Positions 10,816 through 22,566 of a stretch of 64,000 nucleotides of DNA are shown piece by piece. Under the pieces are notes generated by a model that saw only the letters and a program-made list of their open reading frames with translations, was not told where the DNA came from and did no database searches. This DNA comes from Thecamonas trahens ATCC 50062 (lineage: Eukaryota > Protista > Apusomonadida): positions 85,589 through 149,588 of the forward strand of contig NW_013657630.1 of assembly GCF_000142905.1 (NCBI RefSeq), given 5' to 3'. How positions within the stretch are numbered: the stretch's first letter is position 1; the number at the start of each line of letters is the position of its first letter. The translations under genes and the position numbers were made by a program.

Positions 10816-11902
10816 TGTCACGGAGAAGAGAGTAAAGTCTGCCTCCACTTTCGTCCGTTTCCGGCCACCAAACCTGTGCCCCTACCACCACCAGTCCGTC
10901 CTCAGCCTGACTGACTTTGATCGGTTCCGCGACGTCAGCAAATGCAATTTTCTTCCCTATTTTTACCTTCCTCCTCCCGTGTTCCATACTCAAGACGCTC
11001 CCGTAGACACAGGCATCCTCCCCGCAGCCATCCACACTTGCTATGCCCTTTATCTCATTATCCTCTATCGTGACTCCCCTTTGTCAGTGTCTACAAGGCC
11101 ACAGCTGCGCACACGCCCTCAAACAGCTTCTAGCCGTCCGTCGGCGGAGACGCGATCACGGGACGCAACGCGTACCTCCTCATCAGTTGCCTCGCCCCAC
11201 CCTTGGAGAGGGGACCACATCGCACACACAAGGAGTGGACCCATCAGACGCCACACAACGAGGCTGACGCAAGATTCGTACTCATCAAGCCGTGCTTTTT
11301 CGCCGCATCGCGCAATCAAGCTCAATCAAGTGCCGCTGATGACCGTGTCCGCGGCGGCTAGCGCCCGCGAAACTTGCATCCAGCGCTTGGAATGCTGTCC
11401 GAGGCTTGTGATACTTCCAACGAGCCCATACGTCGCCCTGCGCAATATCATCTGGGATCTACTGTCTGGGATCAAGCTCATCCCTCCCCTCCCACTCTGA
11501 CCCGAGCTAGCACTGATCGCTGGCCAATGACCTCCGCATCAAAGTAGGCCAACAGCATCAGCAGCTGCCGCCCTGACCCAGCCAGTGCACAGATGTTGGC
11601 GCCATCGCACACAAGCCCACATGTACCCCGATCGACACCCGTACCGACTTCCCCGCCCCATCTCTGGCTATGCCCCCCCCCCCACATACCGGCTATCGTG
11701 TGCGATGACCCGGTCAATGACGCAATAGCAGGCTGCGGCGAGACGGTTGTGGCCGGCTGACGCTAGCCCCTCATGCCGAGCCGTACAAAAGCCGCAGACC
11801 CTGGCGCCACTTAATTAGCCAGCATTTTTGCCAACTAAAACGTGTTCAACACTAATCCACACCCAACTCGGCTCCTTCACCGAACAATAGTAATCATCCA
11901 TC

Positions 11903-14447
11903 ATGTCTGCATCATCGTCCACCGGTCGCTGCCCGAACAAATCGGTATGTACCCTCCCACACTTGAGAACACCAGCTCATATCTCCCCCACCCCCCTCCT
12001 TGTCCCCACTCTGACTGCGGCACTGGCTGCGGCACTGACTGCGACATCCGCAGCATATGTTCTTCCTTGCCAAACCGCCGCCCCTGCCTTTTTCCCGCAA
12101 CCTTTATCTTAACTCACGTTCTTTTTCGCCGAAAATCCCATGGCCTTTTTCGTTGGCGAATGTCTCGTGCACGTCGGATCGCTACACGCGTGCGGACGGT
12201 GGGCTCGTACACCTGCGGACACTCCCGCCGTTGTCTTCCTTCCCTCGGTCGGAACTGTAGAAGGGCGGTACCTGCCCGTTCAAGGGTCATACCAACCTTG
12301 CTGTTGGTGCACCTGGCATCCGCGAATGGTGGCCCAACTCGCTCAACCTCAAGCCGCTGGTGACCAACAGCGGGCTGGCCGACCCCATGGGCGAGGATTT
12401 TGACTACGCGGCCGAGTTTGCCAAGGTCAATCTCGATGAGCTCCGCAACGATGTCATGAAGGTCATGACGACGTCGCAGGACTGGTGGCCGGCTGACTAC
12501 GGCCACTACGGCCCGTTCTTCATCCGCATGTCCTGGCACGCCGCAGGCACCTACCGCGTCTCGGACGGGCGTGGCGGCGCTGGGACCGGCATGCAGCGCT
12601 TTGCGCCGCTCAACTCGTGGCCCGACAACGCAAACCTCGACAAGGCCCGCCGGCTGCTGTGGCCCATCAAGAAGAAGTACGGCCGCAAGATCTCGTGGGC
12701 CGACCTCATCGTGTACGCCGGCAACTTGGCCATCGAGTCGATGGGTCTCGAGACCGTCGGCTTTGGCTTTGGCCGCATCGACAAGTACGAGCCTGAGGAC
12801 ATCTTCTGGGGCGCCGAAACCGAGTGGCTCACTGACTCTGAGCGGTACCCCAAGGACGGCAAGCGCGAGCTTGCTGAAGGCCTTGGTGCTGTCGAGCATG
12901 GCCTCATCTACGTCAACCCGGAGGGCCCCGGCGGCGAGCCGGACCCGATGAAGGCCGCCGCCGACATCCGCGAGTCGTTTGGCCGCATGGCCATGAACGA
13001 CGAAGAGACCGTCGCCCTCATTGCCGGAGGGCACACATTCGGCAAGGCCCACGGCGCTGCCGACCCGTCCAAGTACGTCGGGCCCGAGCCTGAGGGCGAG
13101 TCCATCACCGCCCGCGGCCTCGGCTGGAACTCGTCGTACAAGTCGGGCGCCGGCGCACACGCCATCACCTCGGGCCTCGAGGGTGCATGGACTCCGACGC
13201 CCATCCAGTGGGACAACTCGTACTTTGACATGCTCTTTGGCTACGAGTGGGAGCTGACTAAGAGCCCGGCGGGCGCCTCGCAGTGGACGCCCAAGGGCGG
13301 CTCCGGCTCAGGCCTGGTTCCGGACGCGCACGATGAGGCCAAGTCGCATCCGCCCATCATGTTCACCACTGATCTCGCCCTCCGCATCGACCCGGACTAC
13401 GAGCGCATCTCGCGCCATTTCCACTCCAACCCGGAGGCCTTTGGCAACGCCTTTGCCCGGGCCTGGTTCAAGCTCCTCCACCGCGATATGGGCCCCATCG
13501 CCCGCTACCTCGGCCCGCTTGTGCCCACCACTCCCGAGCTGTGGCAGGATCCGCTGCCGTCGCCGCCGGCTGCCGTCATCGACGCCGATGACATTGCCAC
13601 GCTCAAGGCTGCCATCTCCGCCTCGGACCTCACCCCGGCCCAGCTCGTCCGCACCGCATGGGCCTCCGCCTCGACCTACCGCGACACCGACAAGCGCGGC
13701 GGCGCCAACGGCGCCCGCATCCGCCTCTCGCCACAGAAGGACTGGCCCGTCAACGACCCGCCCGCCCTTGCGGCCGTCCTCGCCGTCTACGACGGCATTC
13801 AGGCCAACTTTAACGCCGGCGCCAAGTCAGTCTCCATGGCCGACCTCATCGTCCTTGGAGGCGTCGTCGGCGTCGAGGCTGCTGCCGCCGCCGCCGGCCA
13901 CGACATCTGCGTCGCCTTTACTCCCGGCCGCACCGACGCCAGCCAGGACCAGACTGATACAGAGGGCTTTGCTGTCCTCGAGCCCACTGCAGACGCATTC
14001 CGCAACTACTACGCGCCCGACAACAAGCGCCCGGCCGAGCAGCTGCTCGTCGACAAGACCATCCTCCTTGGCATCACTAGCCCCGAGATGGCGGTCCTCC
14101 TTGCGGGCCTCCGCGTCATCGGTGCCAACGCTGCTGGCTCGGACCTCGGCGTCCTCACTGACCGGCCGGGTGCCCTCACCACAGACTTCTTCGTCAACAT
14201 CCTGGACGACTCGATCGACTGGGCTCCGGCCGCCGATGGCGTGTACGTCGGCACCGAGCGTGGCTCCGGCGCTACCAAGTGGTCCGCCACCCGCGCCGAC
14301 CTCATCTTCTCCTCCAACTCGCAGCTCCGCGCCCTCGCTGAGGTCTTTGCCGCCGACGATGCCGCTGACCACTTTGTCAACTCCTTTGCCGCCGCATGGG
14401 CCAAGGTCATGGATCTCGACCGCTTTGACCTCCGCTCGCGCATGTAA
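11903..14447 (+). CDS. katG: Catalase-peroxidase; exons 11903-11944 and 12261-14447
   Basis: [52 protein letters not shown], duplicated C-terminal domain; in-phase GTATGT...TGTAG intron. Confidence 0.97.
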
Positions 14448-14727
14448 GCAAGCTCTCGGTTCTCAGAAGCAGTAAATGAACGTCACCACATCCATCCGCC
14501 CGCCCACTGACCACCATCATCCCACCACCAGACCGCTGCCCGTCGCCCGCCGCCCATGCCATCATCCACCGTCTCTCGCCCGCCGCCTGTCGCCCGTCAT
14601 GTCATTCCCTTCCGCCAACTTTGGCGCGCGAAACGGCGAAACCGTTTCAAGCCAGCAACAGCGGGAAGTCTCCCCCCCTCCCCTCCCCCCCAACCCATCC
14701 CCACACCTTACGCAACAACGAGGAGGG

Positions 14728-17700
14728 ATGGACGACCTCGACGAGCTTGCCGGCCTCCTAGGTCTGGACTCGTCGTCCGGTTCGTTCGAGGTGGACACGC
14801 TCCCGGCCTCTCCCGCTGGCCCTCCCACCACCACCACCACCACCACCATGGCCTCGGCCGCTACCATGGGTCGACCGAGTGCGACACGGGGCACAGGCAT
14901 GGCCGGGAAGGCGACAGGTCGCCCGGTAGGTCGGGCTTCGGCAACAGCTTCCGCCTCTGCTGCATCCTCGTCTCGCTTCTCCTCCACTCGGAATGCCCGA
15001 CAAACCACGGCGGGCTCGGCTGGTGGCAAGGCTCCGGCTGGTGGCGCCGGCTTGGCTTACGGGACTCGCCAGCCCGGAAGGTCGTCGGTAGCGAGCTCAC
15101 TCGGTCGCCCTTCGTTTGACTCGCCGGGAGCAGAAAGGTCGCCCATCGACTCGTCGCGCTCACCGCCTCTTGGCTCGCATGCAGGATCGGCCTCGTCCAG
15201 ACCTGTTGGTGGCTACGGTAGAAATCATCAGCCCCAGGACCGCCCACACACGGCGCAGCCTGCGAGCAAGTCGGATCGGGCCATGTTTTCGTTCTCGTCG
15301 TTTGGTGCAGGTGCGCGCGCACGTCCTAGCTCGGCTGTACCGGCCGGTAACCCGACTAGTGCCACACCAGGGGCGCGACAGAGCAACTCGCGCGGGAACG
15401 AGCTGGATGAGCTCGCCCTGCTTGACGACGACGATGACGATGATGATGACCTTCTCGCCGACATGGGCCTTGCCTCGCCACCAAAGTCAAAGCAGTCATC
15501 GTTTGCACCGCGAAACTCGGCGGCGGCGGCGGCGGCGCCTGCGGCGGCTCCTGCGGCGGCTCCGGCAGGTGGCGCGGGGCGACTCGACTGGTCGTCGTTT
15601 GGCAAAGGCAAGACGGGAAGTGCGAGCAAGCCCGCGGCGCCGGCGCCATCGGCATACGACGAGTTTGAAGTCTCGCCGGCGTCGTCAACCCAGCTAACGC
15701 CCAAGTCGGCCGGCGTGGCGAACAACCCAGAGGCTTGGTACCACTGGCTTGGGCTCGACCCGTCAAACCCCGCCGACGCGCCGCTACTGTATGTCGTCGA
15801 CGTCGGCATCGAGTCGGACCTGCCGTTCCCGTGGAAGGCCCAGGCCGACGGCACGTTTGTCAACTCGCTCTCGGGCGAGGTGCGCGATGAGCATCCGCTC
15901 GTCCCGATTCTGCGCCAAAAGGTGGCGACCATGCGCGCGTCAGCCGGCGCTCCTGGCGCTGCCTCGGGCACCGCAGGGTCAGGGAGCGCCGACAAGCCGG
16001 CATCGGACGACGGCTCGTTCCCCGAGCTCTCGGACGACGATACACATCTTGCTCTGCCGGGCGCGTCGCCAGCAGCGCACAAGAGCTCGCCGCAGTCCAC
16101 AGCCAAGCCAAACATCTCGTACTCGACATCACCCGTGTTTGCAGCGCGGACTGCGATTGGCGCAGCAACGGCAGCAGCAGCCGGCGGCATTGGTCCCGCA
16201 TCGCAGGCTGCCATCAACGACCACCTCGGGACCATCGCCGAGTTGCAGCGGGCGCTGGCCTACGAGCAATCGCAGAACGCCAAACTCGAGCGCGAACTCG
16301 CGTACCTCAAGAACAGCCACGAGTCGCATGTCGCCGCCATCACTGCCGAACACGAAGCCATGGTCTCGTCGCTGCGGGCGCGCCATGCGCAAGAGGCCGA
16401 GCACGCTGCAGCCATGCACAAGCAGGCGCTGCAGCATGCCGAGTCGACACATGCCACCGAGGTCCAGGCTGCGCAGCGTCAGTTTCATGCCCAGATGGAC
16501 TCGATGCGCAAGCTGCATGAAGCCGAGCTGGAGGCCATGCGCCGTCGCGAGGTCCAGGCATCAGAGCTCTCGTCGCTCGTGAGCAAGGTCTCGGCGTCGT
16601 CGGCGTCGATCGACTCGTTGACCAAGCATGTCTCGACCGACGCTGCCCTCGCGCTCGACGCCCTCAAGGCTGAGCGCGAGCGGGTCGAGTCGGAGCGACG
16701 GGCGCTCGAGTCGGAGCGAAGCCAACTTCGCGAATTGTATGCAACGCTTGGCAACGCGCCGCCCGATCCGGATAGTGAGGCCTCGAGCGGCCGCGCCCAG
16801 TCGCTGGTGGCTTGGGAAAAGTCGCTGCGCGAGAAGGAGCTGGCGCTCAAGGAGGCCGAGGCACGGAGCAAGGACGAGCTGGCATCGGAGCGAACTCAAC
16901 TGATGCGCGAGAAAGAGGCTATGCTCAATGAGAAGGAGCTCTGGCTGGCGCAGGTGTCAGAAGAAAAACGCGCGCTCGCCCGCGAGTCGGCGTCGCTGGC
17001 CGACGCCCAGGCTGCAGCCCAGGACGCCATGAACGCCGCCGCTCGCAAGGTTCAGGACATGGAGGCCCAGCTCGAGCGCGAGTTTGGTGCCATCGCCAAC
17101 GATCGCGACACGCTCCGTGGCGCACAGGCCCAGCTCGAAGCCAAGGAGGAAGAACTTGACACCGCCTCTCGCCGGCTTGACGACGAGCGTGCCGAGCTCG
17201 CCGCTCTCCGCGACCAGCTTGCCGCCCGCGAGAGCCGCCTCGACGACGCCGCGGGTCAAGTTGCCAAGCAAAACACGGCGCTTGCCGACGAGCGCGCCGA
17301 ACTCACTCGTCGCGCCACCCAGCTAACGACCAAGGAGACCGAGCTTGCAGCTGCCAAGGCCGCGCTCACAGACAAGGAGGCACATCTTGCCGACCAGCAG
17401 CGCCGGCTCGAGCAGGAGCGCGTCGACATTGCACGCGAGCGCTCGACGCTCACCGACGAGAAGATCGCGCTCTCGCGTGAAGCCTCGGCCGCGCACGCCG
17501 AGCGCGTCCTACAGCCGGTCTCGGTCAACAGCTCGCCGCACCTTTACTATCCGCACGCCGCGCAGGCGCAGATCCACGTTCCTGCACAACAGAACGCGCC
17601 GCCGCCGCCGCCGCCGCGCCGCACCGCCACTCAGGCCTTCTCCTTCCTCGCCAAGGAACTCTCCAAGTGGGACCGCGAATCGGCACAGGCCTCGATCGAG

Positions 17701-18057
17701 CTCGATGCGCAGCGCAAGTACGTGCTCGGGCTGAAGCACAAGCAGTCTCGCGCCCTGGCGACGGCTGCATCAGTCACCGCGGCGGTGCCGCGCCCGCGGC
17801 CAGCGGCATCCTACCCCATCACCAGCTATCCGGCGGCAGCCTACCCGGCAGCAGCCGAGGCGAACGAGTCGATCGAGGCATCGTCGTTCATGCCACTGGT
17901 CCAGCTCTCGTCTATGTCGACGGCGTTTGACCCGTCGGGCATGCAGACTCCGTACCATGCACGGACTGCCCCAGTCGGCGCGTCGTCGACGCTCAAGGGC
18001 GCGCGCCAGCCGCCGGAGCCGCTTGATGGTGCCATCTCTGACGATGGCTCTCAGTAA
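14728..18057 (+). CDS. Long coiled-coil protein, FBF1-like, with CEP164-type WW module (probable basal-body distal appendage protein)
   Basis: WLGLDP..LLYVVDVGIESDLPFPWK..FVNSLSGEVRDEHPL resembles the CEP164 N-terminal WW region; ~450-aa coiled coil; start uncertain (14476/14599/14728). Confidence 0.6.
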   Translation: MDDLDELAGLLGLDSSSGSFEVDTLPASPAGPPTTTTTTTMASAATMGRPSATRGTGMAGKATGRPVGRASATASASAASSSRFSSTRNARQTTAGSAGGKAPAGGAGLAYGTRQPGRSSVASSLGRPSFDSPGAERSPIDSSRSPPLGSHAGSASSRPVGGYGRNHQPQDRPHTAQPASKSDRAMFSFSSFGAGARARPSSAVPAGNPTSATPGARQSNSRGNELDELALLDDDDDDDDDLLADMGLASPPKSKQSSFAPRNSAAAAAAPAAAPAAAPAGGAGRLDWSSFGKGKTGSASKPAAPAPSAYDEFEVSPASSTQLTPKSAGVANNPEAWYHWLGLDPSNPADAPLLYVVDVGIESDLPFPWKAQADGTFVNSLSGEVRDEHPLVPILRQKVATMRASAGAPGAASGTAGSGSADKPASDDGSFPELSDDDTHLALPGASPAAHKSSPQSTAKPNISYSTSPVFAARTAIGAATAAAAGGIGPASQAAINDHLGTIAELQRALAYEQSQNAKLERELAYLKNSHESHVAAITAEHEAMVSSLRARHAQEAEHAAAMHKQALQHAESTHATEVQAAQRQFHAQMDSMRKLHEAELEAMRRREVQASELSSLVSKVSASSASIDSLTKHVSTDAALALDALKAERERVESERRALESERSQLRELYATLGNAPPDPDSEASSGRAQSLVAWEKSLREKELALKEAEARSKDELASERTQLMREKEAMLNEKELWLAQVSEEKRALARESASLADAQAAAQDAMNAAARKVQDMEAQLEREFGAIANDRDTLRGAQAQLEAKEEELDTASRRLDDERAELAALRDQLAARESRLDDAAGQVAKQNTALADERAELTRRATQLTTKETELAAAKAALTDKEAHLADQQRRLEQERVDIARERSTLTDEKIALSREASAAHAERVLQPVSVNSSPHLYYPHAAQAQIHVPAQQNAPPPPPPRRTATQAFSFLAKELSKWDRESAQASIELDAQRKYVLGLKHKQSRALATAASVTAAVPRPRPAASYPITSYPAAAYPAAAEANESIEASSFMPLVQLSSMSTAFDPSGMQTPYHARTAPVGASSTLKGARQPPEPLDGAISDDGSQ

Positions 18058-18086
18058 AGACCATCGCACGCCACGACGAGCAACAT

Positions 18087-19408
18087 TCAGCTCACCAGCA
18101 GCTCCTCCAGCCGAGCCCCAAGTTGGTCCTCCTGCCAGCCGACCGCGAGCTCACGCGCAGCGGCGCCGGCTTCGGCGGCAAGCTCGCGAAAAGTGCCAGC
18201 GGCAAGCATGCCGCGAAGGACTGAGGCAAGCGAGTCCGGCGCGTCGGGAGGAGCGTCCATGTTGGCCACAAAAGTCACCCCGGGCTCGCAAAGCAGATCG
18301 CGGACAACGCCAATGTTGGCAGTCTCGGCGTGGCAGACGGTTGCCGTGCCAAAGGCTGCCGCCTCGGCGAGGGTCATACCCCACGGCTCGTAAGTGGCCG
18401 GATGGACGTTGACGACAGCACGGGCAAAGGCCTCGCCTAGCTCCGTCGTGCTCAACGAGCCGCGAATAATGTGCGTATCAGGGCATGCGGTGAGGACTCG
18501 CGCGTACATGGCCTCGGCGTAGGCGGCGTCAGGCGCGGCGCCGCACATGAATGGGACGATGCCCGCAGCAGCAAGCTCGCCGGCGCATGCCTCGACCGCC
18601 TCGACGTAGGCTGCCACGTTCTGACCGGCGCAACGCGGACACAGCAGAGCAGATATCTGCGGACATCTGGACAAATGTCTGCGCCCGCCGCAAGCGTCGC
18701 CACAGCACTCCGCAGCGGCGGCCAGAGGACCGCCAGCTCGGTCTCGGTCTCGCACAGGCTAGCTAGGCGCTCGCCATCAAGCGAAGAGAGGACCGCGACG
18801 CCATCTGCTCGAGCCACACAACGTGTCTCGACAGCCGCATATGTGGCAGCCGCATCCTGGGCCAGCCCGGGATCGGTGCTGTAGATCCTGTACGGGAGGA
18901 AGAGCGAGCGCGGGAGGCTCTGACACCTTGCTGCAAGCGCATCGAGAGCACCCAACGAGGTAAAGTCAACAAAGACCAGCGAGTCTGCCTCCTCCAACCG
19001 CGGAGTCGAGCCTTCACCAGCCGCCGCAGCCGCTTCAATCGCCGCCGCCCACTCGGCGTGCGGCGCAGAGGCATCGACCTTGTACCAGCTCGAGACCGGG
19101 TAGGCCCAGACGGTCGGGCGAGCCTCCCAATCATCGAGAAAGGCAAAGGCCGGATGCGTCGAGCACACCGAGGAGCAGACAGAGTTGGAGTCCTTGATCG
19201 GGACCGGGGCCATGTCCGGCACCGGGCCGCTGCCGAGCGGCGTGAGCGTGAGAGCAGTCGCCGACGGATGCTCGGCGAGCGGGACGGCGCAGACAACGTC
19301 GACCGAGTGGCCACGGGCAAGGAGGGCACGGACGTATGCTCGAGCGGCAAAGCAGTTTCCGGAAAAGCCCGGCGAGGCAAAGGCGAGCGAGAGCCAGACC
19401 ACGCGCAT
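18087..19408 (-). CDS. GT4-family (GT-B fold) glycosyltransferase with 1-nt frameshift at ~18622
   Basis: N-term MRVVWL..FSGN..RALLARGHSVDV; C-term VNVHPATYEPWGMTLAEAAAFG; adding one A gives RVAPVKNV joining the two ORFs. Confidence 0.85.
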
Positions 19409-19758
19409 GGCGAGGTGGAGTGGGGCGAGGCGGGTCGGGGAGCGGGGCGCAGCGGCTGGGTGAGTCGGCGGCTCGGGGTCGGCGACAGAGAGACTTGGTG
19501 GGGGCAATGACGCCGAGAGGCCGACCGAGCACAGCTGCCAGACGATTGTCACGGCTCACTGCCGCAACTTGCCACTGCAGTTGGCGCAGTTGATGCAGTT
19601 GATGCAGTTGCTGGTTACCAGTGGCGAGTCGATGGCAATGATTATCACGCCGTTGAGAGCGGCGGCGGCAGAGCAGAGGCGAGAGCGATCAGCAACAGCG
19701 ATTGGTGACAGCGACGGGTTCCCTATGACAGAGGTTGGTGGCGGCGAGATGGCAGGCT

Positions 19759-20445
19759 CTAGGCGCAGTGCGGATGGTGGATGATGGTAGGGAGCAGCTC
19801 ACCGATGCCCCAGACGATGACAACGGGTGGGAAGACGAGCCAGGGTGCGTTGGCGAGGATGAACTTGAACCCGAGGTCAAAGACGGAGTCGCCGACCGAG
19901 GGGAGGCCGTCGATGAGCTCTGTGGCGTAGTAGAGGGCGACCGAGTAGAGATGGACGACGGCCATGGCCATCATACCGAGCACACCGAGCGGAGCGTAGC
20001 GCCCGCCACTGGCGTAGAGACCGAGGGCGGAGGCGCCGAGCACCCCGTTGCACACCGAGAGGCCCTCCATGACCACTAGCAGCGTGTTGTCCGGCTGCGC
20101 GTACCGCGTGTCGCCGCCATCGATGTACGCCCACCACGAGTAGGCCCATGGCGCCGTCGGAGACGCCGCAATGGCCTCACGGAAGACGAGCCACCCGGCC
20201 TCCCAAGTCAGATGCGTGATGGCGGACATGGCGACAAAGGTCGTGGCCACCGCGCCCAGCCGCATGCGCCACGCCCCGCCGTCCAGCAAGGGCGCCCCGC
20301 ATCCGATCGGAAGCATCGTCGAGTACGTCAGCGCGAGAAGGTCTGCCACAACGCCGCGATCAGCGCCGAGGACAAAGACGGCGATATGGCCGAGCGCAAA
20401 GGCAGTCACAACAGCTGCAAAGGCCAGCGTAGAGATCGAGGGCAT
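19759..20445 (-). CDS. EBP/EXPERA-family membrane protein (sterol isomerase-like)
   Basis: Multi-TM; W..Y..GDTRY, VVMEGL, LYSVALYYATE, FILANAPWLVFP. Confidence 0.75.
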   Translation of the reverse strand: MPSISTLAFAAVVTAFALGHIAVFVLGADRGVVADLLALTYSTMLPIGCGAPLLDGGAWRMRLGAVATTFVAMSAITHLTWEAGWLVFREAIAASPTAPWAYSWWAYIDGGDTRYAQPDNTLLVVMEGLSVCNGVLGASALGLYASGGRYAPLGVLGMMAMAVVHLYSVALYYATELIDGLPSVGDSVFDLGFKFILANAPWLVFPPVVIVWGIGELLPTIIHHPHCA

Positions 20446-20496
20446 GCCGATGGTAGGTGGGTGAGACAGGTGTGCGCACCAGTGGCTCTTTACTGC

Positions 20497-21921
20497 CTAC
20501 GAGTCGGGCGTCCGCCGCGATGGCGAGGCGCGGATCGAGGCCGGTGTGAGCGACACGGCCGACCGCTCGGACAAGTCAGGCGAGGTCCGGGCCGCCTGCT
20601 GGGTCGGCGGGGGTTTGGTGGCGACAAGGAGCTTGCGGAGCGTGCCGACGAGCGCTGCCGGATCGAGTGCCTGCTTGCGGGCGAGTCCGCCGGCCTTGAT
20701 GGCGCGGTAGAGCGAGCGGACCGCGGTGTGGGTGGCGGTGAGCCGCGAGCGGAGCGAGTGAATGTGGCTACGGGCGCGGCTGATGGTCTTGGCGCGAGCC
20801 TCTTTGGCGCCGTCGAGCGCGGTCTTATACTTGGCATTGGCGCGGACGACGCGGACAACGGCGGCGACGGCGGCTGCGGGGTCGGCAGACTCGGAGCCAG
20901 CAAGTGGGAGTGCGGACTCGCCGGCATCGCGAAGTGCAAGCGCAAGGTCGGTCAGCACAGCCTGCGCTGCAATGAGATTGGTCTGCGCCCGAGACGCAAT
21001 CTCACGCTCGTGCTTGACTTTGTCACGAAGCGCAGCGGCCTGCGCTCGCAGCGCCCGGGCCTCGGAGCGTGACGACGGCCGGCCTTCGCGGCGTGGTGGT
21101 GGCGGAACAGAGCCGCGCGTATCTGCTGGCTCTCGGAGCGGCGAGCGGGCCTCGGAGCTGCGAGTCATAGTGGCCTTGCGGAGCGCAGACTCCAGCGTCC
21201 GCTTCTCCTTGGTAACCTCCTCCAGCTGGGCCGAGAGCTGCGAAATGCGGTTGTGCAAATCGACGAGCGAGTCGCGGGTGAGGAACCGGTCCAGCTGCGC
21301 ATGCAGCTTGGTGTTCTCCTTCCGCGACTGTAGCAGGTGTGCCCGCATCGAGTGCAGCGCCTTACCCATCTTTTCCAGCTTTTCCTCGGCCGAGCCGCTC
21401 GCCGCATCGCCCGCGGTCGCGGTCACCGGCTGCGAGTGCGGTGCCTCTGCGGCCTCCAGCACCTTGATGGTGGCCTGCAGCGAGCGGATCTGCCCGCGCA
21501 ATCTCGATATGGTGGCCTTGTCCACCTCCTCCTCGGCCGCTGCCCCACGCGCCTTGGCCGCTTCTGTTCTCACTGCTGCGATCTGGTCCTTGAGCCTGTT
21601 CACCGTCGCCTCGGCCTCACCAGCCGCCTTCTTTGCCGCCTCTGCTTCTGTTCGGATCCGCGCCACCTCGGCCTCTGCCGCCTCTGCCCGAGCCTCTGCC
21701 GCCTCTGCCCGAGCCTCTGCATCTGCTGTCCGAGCCTCTGCATCTGCTGTCCGAGCCTCTGCAGCCTCGACATGTGCTGCTGTACCTCCAGACGGAAAGC
21801 CTTCACTGACTTGTGTGACAAAGGTCCCCTTGCGAGCATACCTCCCATCGACTACCGTTGACGAGGGTTGGGAGGAGAGGACGACCGGGCCGGACCCGCC
21901 ACCCGCCACCGACGACGACAT
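20497..21921 (-). CDS. Uncharacterised coiled-coil protein
   Basis: Long ORF with heptad-rich Ala/Glu/Arg composition and internal 21-bp EARAEAA/EARTADA repeats (~21670-21765); start could be 22062. Confidence 0.65.
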   Translation of the reverse strand: MSSSVAGGGSGPVVLSSQPSSTVVDGRYARKGTFVTQVSEGFPSGGTAAHVEAAEARTADAEARTADAEARAEAAEARAEAAEAEVARIRTEAEAAKKAAGEAEATVNRLKDQIAAVRTEAAKARGAAAEEEVDKATISRLRGQIRSLQATIKVLEAAEAPHSQPVTATAGDAASGSAEEKLEKMGKALHSMRAHLLQSRKENTKLHAQLDRFLTRDSLVDLHNRISQLSAQLEEVTKEKRTLESALRKATMTRSSEARSPLREPADTRGSVPPPPRREGRPSSRSEARALRAQAAALRDKVKHEREIASRAQTNLIAAQAVLTDLALALRDAGESALPLAGSESADPAAAVAAVVRVVRANAKYKTALDGAKEARAKTISRARSHIHSLRSRLTATHTAVRSLYRAIKAGGLARKQALDPAALVGTLRKLLVATKPPPTQQAARTSPDLSERSAVSLTPASIRASPSRRTPDS

Positions 21922-22566
21922 GTCGGTGTTCGAAGGGGAGGAGGGGATGATAGAGGGGTGCAGGTCGTCGTCGTCATGAGTTGGCGTGTTATGGTCATGG
22001 TTGTGGTCGTCGTCATGGTAGTCGTCGGGCGTGTCGCTCGTGTCATCGTTCTCACCGGTCATCACGGACAGTGTCCTTCCGTTGCATTTACCTCTTTGGT
22101 CTTTGGCGCCAAAAAAGGGTCGTCAAAGGCTGTGGCGATGTCCTCGGTTTGCCTGCCTGTGGGCGTTGGCAGCGGCGGGACGTTTGTGGACTGCGCGCTA
22201 CGTCACTGGAGCGTGATCATCGGAGTCATCGTCGTCGTTTTCGCCATCGTCGTCGGCAACGGGCTCGGCCTGTGGCTCATTGCGGGGAAGGGTAATCGAT
22301 GCCAACAAGCTCATGGCTCCGGCCGCGTTCTCCATGAGCGCTGACGAGATGGATCATACGCACAGTTGGCACCCACGGGGCCGACATGGGCATGTGCGAG
22401 GTCATGGTGGCCAACATTGCGCTGCAGGGCGTCCTCACGCCGGCAAGATCGCGGAGCGAGACGGCCACACTGGCATCTGCTGCTGCTGCAACATCCTCAT
22501 CATCCTCGTCGTCCTCGTCAACTTCGTCATTCTCGTCATCGTAGAACAGCAGCTCCCCTGGCTTGG

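Noticed and set aside
10613-11717. 295-aa ORF and neighbours between FKBP2 and katG
   Set aside because: Overlaps FKBP2 exon 1 antisense, starts in low-complexity intron sequence, no recognisable domain
11903-14447. Bacterial contamination as the source of katG
   Set aside because: Has an in-phase spliceosomal intron and is contiguous with eukaryotic genes without an intervening gap
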